Positions 28,961 through 36,692 of a stretch of DNA of 64,000 nt are shown here, one piece after another. Below the pieces are notes generated by a model. It had not been told where the DNA came from and made no database searches. It was given only the letters and a program-made list of their open reading frames with translations. How positions within the stretch are numbered: the stretch's first letter is position 1; every line of letters begins with the position of its first letter. Where the stretch lies: positions 9,791-73,790 of the forward strand of contig DHKP01000007.1 in assembly GCA_002404865.1 (NCBI GenBank). The letters are read 5' to 3'. The DNA is from Bacillales bacterium UBA4691 (GTDB lineage: Bacteria > Bacillota_I > Bacilli_A > RFN20 > CAG-826). The position numbers and the translations under genes were made by a program.

Positions 28961-30592
28961 TTACGGTTCGTCGAATCTAGACACGAATTGTATTTCTTAA
29001 AGGAAGGGAATGAATGATATTAAACTTTGATAAGCATCTTAAAACTCAAAATGACATGGCTAGAGAACAACTGACAAGCAATTGTGTCTAACGACGAACA
29101 ATAAAAAGCATTTGCACGTCAAATCGGCTTCAAGACCCTACATGAACAATCGATTAATAGAACAAGAGAATGGCGCAATACGTTGATAGATAAACGCAGC
29201 CAAAAGAAAAAGAAGATGACTAATGAAAATAAAATTCCAAATAAAATCGAGAAATCCACGTTGTGATAACGATAACGATTCAAGGTTTCAAGAAAGAACT
29301 ACAAGATTAGATTAGACAAAGCAATACAAAAATAGGAAGCTCAAAAATTCCTCAAGTCATAAAATCAAAATACAAATAATGAAATATAGAATGTTAAAGG
29401 AAGGGCATGCGTTCAACGTTCCTCTAATGAAACGTTTTTTTCCATAAAGTCCTACTGCTTTATTGAAACAGGAATTTTTTGATCGATTCAAATCTTATAA
29501 AACAAAATAAACCTAAGGCTCATTTCGTCAAATACCTCGTGCGAGACTCCTCATTTCTAGCTAGAAACGACGATTGAAATAAATCACGATTTCAATTCAA
29601 TCCGAAATGGGTTCTTTTAACCATTTTTCTTTCCGGGACCGTTTCATCACACAAAATTGGAAAATCATACATACGAAAATAGAAGAGAAATCAATTTTGA
29701 TTTTTGAATTCGTTTTGAAACAAAGAATATCAATTCTTTGCGCCTCATACAAAACCATTGCGCGATATTTTTGGATTTAAAGACACTCGAAAGAACAAGC
29801 ACTTTAAGAAGGGGATTGATAGATGCTTTTTTCCTTTCAAAAGGCAAAAGCCTTTATAAGTAAAACAATCGTTTTCGAAAAATTCTAATCTTATATAAAA
29901 CCAAAGGATTTCTTAAATAATTATCTAATGAGGCTTATAAGGAATTCTAGAAGATACTTGTTTAAGGATTAAAAACAAATTTTAAATATCAAACACAAAT
30001 CATATAGAACAAAACGCAATATGAAGTCACCAATGCGGAATCGTTTGTTTTAAATGACTTTTCAATCGAAAACATTCAAAAGCGAAGATGGAAAACGGGA
30101 TAGACATTTTTATAGATTTAGATAATTTAAAGATTATTAACGAGATTATAGCCTTATTAATCACCTAAAAAATCAAAGACAATTCTAAAGGAATGACCAA
30201 AATTAATCAGAAATCATTCAACTTATCAAAAAGAAAAGAAGGGTTAATCAAAAACCGAAATATAACAAATGAACAATAATTATAAATTCAACAATATAGT
30301 AGTTATTTAGTAGTTTCTAATTTATTGTGGAAAACCCATACTTATCCACATTATTGCATTGTTTTTGCAAAACTAATTAGAATCTTAAAAAAGCTTATAG
30401 CGTGGTCTTTCACTTTGTTTGGTTAACATAATGGTGATTATGCGTAGTTGTCTTATTTTATTACATAACAATTATTTTTAGTAGTTTTAAATATTTGTTT
30501 TTTAATATGCTCTTATTTAAAGAATCTTAATCGATATTTTACCCACCGTTTTTATTACGCTTTTTAATATGGTTGCCAAGTCAATAAAAGAA
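28961..30592. other. 1.6 kb ORF-free, A-rich noncoding island (decayed gene(s) and/or noncoding RNA)
   Basis: No ORF above 60 aa. Strong A over T bias on the plus strand. Orphan RBS+ATG stubs, inverted repeats and repeated motifs. See findings. Confidence 0.6.
30293..30317 (+). repeat. 25-nt motif AATATAGTAGTTATTTAGTAGTTTC (copy 2, inside the noncoding island)
   Basis: See copy 1. A third partial copy AATTATTTTTAGTAGTTTTAAAT lies at 30470-30490. Confidence 0.6.
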
Positions 30593-30636
30593 AAAACCAT
30601 CCCTTAAGATTTCGATAAGATGGTTTTTCAAAAAAA
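30593..30636 (-). terminator. rho-independent terminator of the yqeG..rsfS operon (bidirectional hairpin)
   Basis: AAAAACCATC-N17-GATGGTTTTT perfect hairpin with T-runs on both sides. Confidence 0.75.
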
Positions 30637-30673
30637 TTTATTTAATCAATAACTAATAATTATAAATGGAATT

Positions 30674-31006
30674 TTATTTCTTATTGGTAATCTTTTGAAT
30701 GAGACCAGGCAAATTAATTTCCTCTCTAATCGCTTTCAAAAACAAATGAACGATAACATCTCCGCAGTCAAAAACCATCCATCCAGAATCGCCGTTTCCG
30801 TCCATGCGAATAAGCTCGCCCTTCGCTTTTATCGCAGCCTCTTCAATATAATCTTTCATACTGAGAAGTTGTCTCTCATTGGTGACCGTTCCAATTAAAT
30901 AATAATCAGTGTATGAACTGATGCCTTTTAAATTGAGAAGTTCAATTTCTTCGACCTTATGATCGTCTAATGTTTGTTTAATTTCACGGACTAATTTTGG
31001 ATACAT
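30674..31006 (-). CDS. rsfS: ribosomal silencing factor RsfS (Iojap)
   Basis: 110 aa Iojap-like. Last gene of the yqeG-yqeH-yhbY-nadD-yqeK-rsfS operon. Confidence 0.85.
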   Translation of the reverse strand: MYPKLVREIKQTLDDHKVEEIELLNLKGISSYTDYYLIGTVTNERQLLSMKDYIEEAAIKAKGELIRMDGNGDSGWMVFDCGDVIVHLFLKAIREEINLPGLIQKITNKK

Positions 31007-31009
31007 AAT

Positions 31010-32014
31010 TCATTCCTCCCCCAAATAATAATGGTAGCAATCTCTCGATAATTGATTGTCGTTTTCACTAACCCTTTTCTCTTTTAAAAACGCGCGATTC
31101 GCTTTTAGTGTTTTTAGAAAACCTTCGTGATAATTTGCTAAGCACATCTTAACAAGCGGCGAACTATCGTAGCCCCTCAATGGATCGATCTTATCTGCGC
31201 TATAAATCACTTCCCCTATTGCGGACATATTAGCTTTGCCTGTGCAATGGTAGCAAATCGCATCCAAGATTTCCTTATCTTTTATGTGAAACCGATATTT
31301 CGCCAAGAGGCAGCCAACAAATTGATGATAGGCCCAACTAGGGTAAGAAAGATAATCTTTAAAATCTTTCTCCATCATGATTTTAGATGCTTTCACATCC
31401 GTTTGTTTTCCGATGTCGTGCAACAAACCGGCAATATAAAATCTCCCAGGATTTTGTAGATGGTTGTTTATTGCGATTCTATAACTTAATGAAGCAACGG
31501 ATTCACTATGCAATAAACGATGGGAAGATAAATAAGGTTCTATCTTAGGAATATAGAAAAGCTTTTTTTCATGGATGTAGCGAATAGTCGATAAGGATAA
31601 GGCGACATTTTGCAATTGACGGTTTTCTATTTCCTTAAAAGATAAAGAATCGTTGGCATCAACAAAAATAATGTTTTTGCCTTTTAATAAGCTATTTTGG
31701 AAAGAAGAAAGGAAATCCTGATTGTTTTGATCAATTAAGACAAAACAATCATTCGCTTTTTCTTTCGCCATGACGAAGCTATCAAAGGAGGCCTCGTTCA
31801 GAGAATCACAAAGAAGGAAAGAATTGTAATTGAAGTCGTTTATTGCCGCTTCTAACATTTTATAACGGTCTAAAAAAGAGGCATTTTTATCATCTTTGAT
31901 TGGCAAAAACATCACTTTAGCGCCGTACCGAATCGAAACCTCTTTCGCGGATTCAAGCTCATTGAGCGTAATGGGGGAAAAATGATTGGGATATAAAACA
32001 ATAAGACGATTCAT
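31010..32014 (-). CDS. fusion of an NadD-like nucleotidyltransferase domain (HxGH motif absent) with the YqeK HD-domain hydrolase
   Basis: The N-terminal half aligns with NadD (FLPIKDD...RYKMLEAAI). The expected GGTFDPPHNGH motif reads LYPNHFSPITLNE. The C-terminal half carries the HD motif LLHDIGK. Confidence 0.7.
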   Translation of the reverse strand: MNRLIVLYPNHFSPITLNELESAKEVSIRYGAKVMFLPIKDDKNASFLDRYKMLEAAINDFNYNSFLLCDSLNEASFDSFVMAKEKANDCFVLIDQNNQDFLSSFQNSLLKGKNIIFVDANDSLSFKEIENRQLQNVALSLSTIRYIHEKKLFYIPKIEPYLSSHRLLHSESVASLSYRIAINNHLQNPGRFYIAGLLHDIGKQTDVKASKIMMEKDFKDYLSYPSWAYHQFVGCLLAKYRFHIKDKEILDAICYHCTGKANMSAIGEVIYSADKIDPLRGYDSSPLVKMCLANYHEGFLKTLKANRAFLKEKRVSENDNQLSRDCYHYYLGEE

Positions 32015-32307
32015 CTTGGAAGGACAATTTGAGGATTTTTCTTATTGGAGCGATATAGCAAAATCGTTTTACCAGTTATTGCGACAAGCCCACACTTAGT
32101 TTTTTCCTTAATCAGACTAATAATATCGTCGAGACTATCTTCGTTATTTTGCAAGACTTTGATTTTGACTAGTTCGTGTGCGTCTAGCGCACGATCAAGC
32201 GCATGAAGAAAAGAATCATCGACTTCACTTTTCCCTAAATTCAAAGATGGCCTTAATTTTGCGCCAAGGCCACGTAAATACGCTCTATTTTTTGCTAAGA
32301 TTTCCAT
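32011..32307 (-). CDS. yhbY: CRM/YhbY-domain RNA-binding protein (YqeI)
   Basis: 98 aa CRS1/YhbY domain in the yqe operon position. Confidence 0.8.
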   Translation of the reverse strand: MEILAKNRAYLRGLGAKLRPSLNLGKSEVDDSFLHALDRALDAHELVKIKVLQNNEDSLDDIISLIKEKTKCGLVAITGKTILLYRSNKKNPQIVLPR

Positions 32308-33472
32308 AGGATAATATTTTACTCCTGCTCGTATAAACGGAAACGCCTTTCGGAACGTAAATGCGGAAAGTTTGATGATTTCCTAAAAACGAGAACCATC
32401 CTAACCCTTGAATCCCAATTGAGCGGTCACCATCTTCTTCAACTTCAATGTCGAAAGCATCTAGATCCTTTAGTTCCCGAACCACTAAACTTTTTGGGAA
32501 GATTCCTCTTTTTGACAAATAGGAAGGAATTAGTGATTCTAAATCTTGATAAGCCCCGATTTTCTTTGTCGTTACATTCGGGGCGAAAAATAAATGAATC
32601 TCGGTGTCCTTATTTTTCTTTGCCCTTAATAGTTCAATAAAGCAAACGCCTCCAACCGCGAAAATTTCTTTTGTTTTTAGAAAAGCCTTTTTCGTTTTAA
32701 CCGGACTAGAAAATAAAAGAGAATCAGAAACATCTTTTTCTAATTTGCCATCAATTGAATTGGTGCTTACTAAAGGCGGTGTATCAAAAAGGGTCGAGGA
32801 ATTATCAAGCGGAATTTGTAAAACAGGTAAGGAAGCACCTCGACAGGCTTTCGTTTGAATGGAACGATTGGAACGGTTCTGAAAATGATAAAGGTAGCTA
32901 GAAAGGAACATTCTTTTCCCTGCTCCACGCGAAGAAAGAATATAAACATCGTGCCCTGTTCTTCGCTTTTCGATTTCTTTGGTAATGAAATCATTTTTCC
33001 CAAAAGAAACTAAGGAAGTCAAAATGACATCTTTCGCGCTAATAGGAAGAGAAGAAACGCGGAAGCGATGAGCAACATATTCTTTCAAAAAATCGTCTGT
33101 GATATTTTCACTAAATAAGTCGCGTTTATTTGCGATAACGAGAATCGGGTTATGTTTAATTGTTTCATTGACTTCCGCGATGAAAGAAGATTCAAAGGAA
33201 AATAAATTGATAATATAAACGATTAGTGCGTCACTCGCGGCAGCGTCCTTCATCATAAGCAATAAATCGTCTCCCGCTTTTAGCGAACTGGAGGAAAAAT
33301 TAGCTTCCGAATAGCACTTGTCGCAAAACAAAACGTGATTTAGAGGTAAAAGCAAGTCACTTTCTTTACTAATATAGCCTTCTTTAGAAGGGTCTTCGTT
33401 TTGCAAAATCGCTCCGCAATTGAAGCATCTTCTTACAACGTTTACTTTGCTCATAGATGGATTTCCTCCCAA
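32285..33472 (-). CDS. yqeH: ribosome-assembly GTPase YqeH (circularly permuted GTPase with N-terminal zinc finger)
   Basis: N-terminal CxxC...CxxC. Circularly permuted GTPase G motifs in the order G4 (NKRD), G1 (SRGAGK), G3. Confidence 0.85.
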   Translation of the reverse strand: MGGNPSMSKVNVVRRCFNCGAILQNEDPSKEGYISKESDLLLPLNHVLFCDKCYSEANFSSSSLKAGDDLLLMMKDAAASDALIVYIINLFSFESSFIAEVNETIKHNPILVIANKRDLFSENITDDFLKEYVAHRFRVSSLPISAKDVILTSLVSFGKNDFITKEIEKRRTGHDVYILSSRGAGKRMFLSSYLYHFQNRSNRSIQTKACRGASLPVLQIPLDNSSTLFDTPPLVSTNSIDGKLEKDVSDSLLFSSPVKTKKAFLKTKEIFAVGGVCFIELLRAKKNKDTEIHLFFAPNVTTKKIGAYQDLESLIPSYLSKRGIFPKSLVVRELKDLDAFDIEVEEDGDRSIGIQGLGWFSFLGNHQTFRIYVPKGVSVYTSRSKILSYGNLSKK

Positions 33473-33981
33473 TAACTAGCCAGGTGCTTATTCCTTATTT
33501 TTTTGCGGAATAATTTTTCGATTTTTCGGTTTAAGAGAGTAAAAACGCTATCTTTTTTCGAAAGAGGCTCGGTTAGAATCACGTCGATTTTTGCTCCCCT
33601 ACTTGCTATAACGTCAGTGAAAATTTGATCGCCGACTAAAATTACTTCCCTATTATTGTAGCCTTTTTTCTTTAACCATTTCTTTAATTTTATGGAAAAA
33701 GGTTTAAAAAGGCCGCTTATGGCTTCGATATCCAGCGCTTTACTATATCGGAAAACGCGCTTGCTCGTGTTATTGCTTGCGATATAGACTGATAAGCCAG
33801 CTTGTTTTAGTTTCGAAATAAGATCCTTGGTTTGATTAGAAGGGTCTAAAGTATCAATGGGGTCTAAGGTGTTATCCAAATCAAAAAGGACGATTTTCTT
33901 TCCTATATCCTTATAAAAAGATGCCGGTATTTCATACGCGTTTTTGGCTAAATAGGAAGGGAGCAAGCGCTGAATCATCAT
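33451..33981 (-). CDS. yqeG: HAD-superfamily phosphatase YqeG
   Basis: DLDNTL HAD motif I. First gene of the operon. Confidence 0.8.
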   Translation of the reverse strand: MMIQRLLPSYLAKNAYEIPASFYKDIGKKIVLFDLDNTLDPIDTLDPSNQTKDLISKLKQAGLSVYIASNNTSKRVFRYSKALDIEAISGLFKPFSIKLKKWLKKKGYNNREVILVGDQIFTDVIASRGAKIDVILTEPLSKKDSVFTLLNRKIEKLFRKKIRNKHLASYWEEIHL

Positions 33982-36689
33982 TCATCCTCATCATCTAGGG
34001 GATTAATTCGTACTGGATTATCGCCATTATCGCTTGAAACGTCATCGCTGTCTATCGGAGTAACGACAACATCGTTAGAATCATCATCGGCGAATTCATT
34101 TCCGCTATCATTGAACAAAGAGATTTGTTCAAAGGAGTCTTTGCAGGATGAGGAAGGCTCTTGAGTTCCTTCCAAAGGAGCATTCGCGATAGATGGCTCA
34201 TAGCTAATGGTTTTTTCATCAATGCGGTCATAATCTTCTTTTTCGACAAGCGAGATTTTATCTTTGCTAGGGAAATTTTCAGGACGCTTAGCGTATTTAT
34301 CTATCGGTGTAAGATAGAAATCCGCAAAAGTAGCCTTGTATTCTTCACCATTCTCCAAAACCGTATTGATAACGAACGGCGCTTCTAAACCATCGACTTT
34401 TCTAGCATAAACCAAAGCGTGAGGTTCGCTCTTGAAAGTATTGAACAAAACGGTTGATTTCTTTAAGCGAGATGTGACTTCGATCTTAGAAGCATCAACG
34501 ACACGCGTGTGGCCTCTATCAGTCAATAAGAGAACCTTTTCCTTTTCGTTAGGTGCAAAAGAAAGAAGTGCTGCTGCATCGGCACCACGGAAATTGCCTG
34601 CCTTAATGCCACCGCTTCTAGGGTTAGTGAGAGGAATTTCGTTTTCGTTATAAACGACTCCTAAACCATTATTCCCCATCACGAGCAATGAACTATTTCC
34701 ACTAGAAATAGCAACGTCAACTAATTCGTCGGTGATACCTGAAAGCTTAATTGCTTGGACGGGCTTGCTATTACGAACGACTGGGAAAGCAGATAGCTTA
34801 ATGCGCTTAATTTGAGCGCGTTTAGTCAATAAAGTAACGTTAAGATCGTCTCTAAATGTCTTTATAGCAAAGCAGCGAATGATTTTTTCATCTGGCGACA
34901 AAGCAACAATCGCGTTCATATGTCCACCGATATCATTCCATTTCGCTTCCTTCACATCGTTAACGGGAATATAGACGTAATTCCCTTTGTTAGTGAACCC
35001 AAATAGATAATCCGTCGTTTTAACTAAGCCATTATATATCAAAACGTCTCCAGGCTTTTTGCCAGGCTTTGTGCCGTTATTACCACCTGATCCGACAAAG
35101 CTTTTCACGGAGCTACGCTTCAAGTAACCATCACGCGATACGACTAAATGCGTATCTTCTTCTGCGATAAGGTCGCGCTTATCGACATTCAAATCAATAG
35201 CGTCTCCATTTTGGATGGACGTTCTTCTTTCATCACCATACTTTTTAGAAATTTCTTTGAGATTATTAACGATGGCATCAAGAATCTTTGTGCGATCGGA
35301 GAGAAGATCTCGCAAATAAGCGATGTCTTTGTTTAGACTATCTCGTTCATTTTCTAAAGTAACGATATCCGTATGGGAAAGCTTATAAAGCGGCATCATG
35401 ACAATCGCTTCGGCTTGAGGCTCGGTAAAGCCAAACGCGTCGCTTAAGTTTTTCTTGCTATCTGCTTTGTCTTTGCTTTTGCGAATAATCGTAACGACTC
35501 GATCGAGAACCGAGACGGCTTTGATAAGGCCCTCGACAATCGCCAAGCGATTCTCTTCTTTCGTTAAAAGAAATCGGCTTCTTCTAGTGACAACATCACT
35601 TTGATGAGCGATATAGCAATCGCAATAAGACACAAGCGTCATCGTTTTTGGGCGCTGATCAACAATAGCAACCATATTCGCACTATAACCGCAACGCAAA
35701 TCAGTTTTATTCATGAGGTATTTAAGAAGCGCTTCTGGTTTGGCATTGTCTTTTAAATCGATGGCGATTCGCAAACCCGTTTTATCGGTTTCATCACGAA
35801 CTTCGTCAATTCCCGCTACGACTTTATCGTGGCGGAGCTTATCAATTTGGAAAACGAGTTTGCTTTTGATTACACCATAAGGAATTTCGGTGATGATGAT
35901 TTGCTTTTCGCCTTCTTTATCGATAATTTCCGCTTTGGAAGCAATATCGATATGTCCTCTACCCGTCAAATAAATGGACTTAAGACCTTCCGATTCATAA
36001 ATGATTCCACCGGTAGGGAAATCTGGTCCAGGAACATAAGAAAGAAGATCATCAGCTCGGCATTTTGGATGGCGAATACGGTAAATAATCGCATTATTGA
36101 TTTCCTTAAGATTATGAGGGGGGATTTCGGTTGCGATACCTACAGCGATCCCTGTTGAGCCATTCGCAAAAAGATTTGGGAAATAACTAGGGAGAACGGT
36201 TGGCTCTTTGGAGGAGTCATCATAAGTGAGTTCCATATCAACCGTTTCCATATCTAAATCGCGAACAAGCTCATTCGAGATAGCGCTTAATCTAGCTTCG
36301 GTATAACGAGGGGCGGCTGGTTCGTCGCCATCCATCGAGCCATTATTGCCTTGGAAATCGACAAGAGGATAACGCAAACGCCAATTCTGAGAAAGATGGG
36401 CTAAAGCATCGTAAATAGAAGCATCGCCATGGGGGTGGTATTTGCCCATGACGTCACCGACGATATGTGCGCTCTTTTTTGTTGGTTTATCAATGGTGTT
36501 ACCCGTGATAGCCATATCGAAAATGATGCGGCGTTGAACGGGCTTCAAACCGTCACGCGCATCAGGAATCGCCCTTTCTTGGATGACGTCTTTCGCGTAA
36601 ATCCCAAAACGTTCCCCCATAAGCTCATCCAAGGCCGTATTATTAATATTCTCGATAATCGGGGCCTCAACGATTTTCTTTTTTGCCAT
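33978..36689 (-). CDS. parC: type IIA topoisomerase A subunit, probably topoisomerase IV ParC, with a long acidic C-terminal tail
   Basis: GyrA/ParC N-terminus with the catalytic Tyr region. Sits downstream of parE and next to plsY, as in the B. subtilis plsY-parE-parC locus. Confidence 0.75.
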   Translation of the reverse strand: MAKKKIVEAPIIENINNTALDELMGERFGIYAKDVIQERAIPDARDGLKPVQRRIIFDMAITGNTIDKPTKKSAHIVGDVMGKYHPHGDASIYDALAHLSQNWRLRYPLVDFQGNNGSMDGDEPAAPRYTEARLSAISNELVRDLDMETVDMELTYDDSSKEPTVLPSYFPNLFANGSTGIAVGIATEIPPHNLKEINNAIIYRIRHPKCRADDLLSYVPGPDFPTGGIIYESEGLKSIYLTGRGHIDIASKAEIIDKEGEKQIIITEIPYGVIKSKLVFQIDKLRHDKVVAGIDEVRDETDKTGLRIAIDLKDNAKPEALLKYLMNKTDLRCGYSANMVAIVDQRPKTMTLVSYCDCYIAHQSDVVTRRSRFLLTKEENRLAIVEGLIKAVSVLDRVVTIIRKSKDKADSKKNLSDAFGFTEPQAEAIVMMPLYKLSHTDIVTLENERDSLNKDIAYLRDLLSDRTKILDAIVNNLKEISKKYGDERRTSIQNGDAIDLNVDKRDLIAEEDTHLVVSRDGYLKRSSVKSFVGSGGNNGTKPGKKPGDVLIYNGLVKTTDYLFGFTNKGNYVYIPVNDVKEAKWNDIGGHMNAIVALSPDEKIIRCFAIKTFRDDLNVTLLTKRAQIKRIKLSAFPVVRNSKPVQAIKLSGITDELVDVAISSGNSSLLVMGNNGLGVVYNENEIPLTNPRSGGIKAGNFRGADAAALLSFAPNEKEKVLLLTDRGHTRVVDASKIEVTSRLKKSTVLFNTFKSEPHALVYARKVDGLEAPFVINTVLENGEEYKATFADFYLTPIDKYAKRPENFPSKDKISLVEKEDYDRIDEKTISYEPSIANAPLEGTQEPSSSCKDSFEQISLFNDSGNEFADDDSNDVVVTPIDSDDVSSDNGDNPVRINPLDDEDE

Positions 36690-36692
36690 AAG

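Noticed and set aside
28955-28978. tRNA-like T-arm string GGTTCGTCGAATCT just after the deoB terminator.
   Set aside because: It has 2 extra nucleotides relative to GGTTCGAATCC. No acceptor, D or anticodon arms can be built around it.
29665-29847. A 60-aa minus-strand ORF inside the noncoding island.
   Set aside because: No RBS, low-complexity composition, and its length is consistent with chance in AT-rich DNA.
29940-30490. Looked for a chromosome-dimer resolution dif site near xerD, using the Firmicutes consensus ACTTCCTAGAATATATATTATGTAAACT.
   Set aside because: Only weak partial matches were found: TTCTAGAAGATAC at about 29946 and TTACATAACAATT at about 30461. Neither reconstitutes both XerC and XerD arms.
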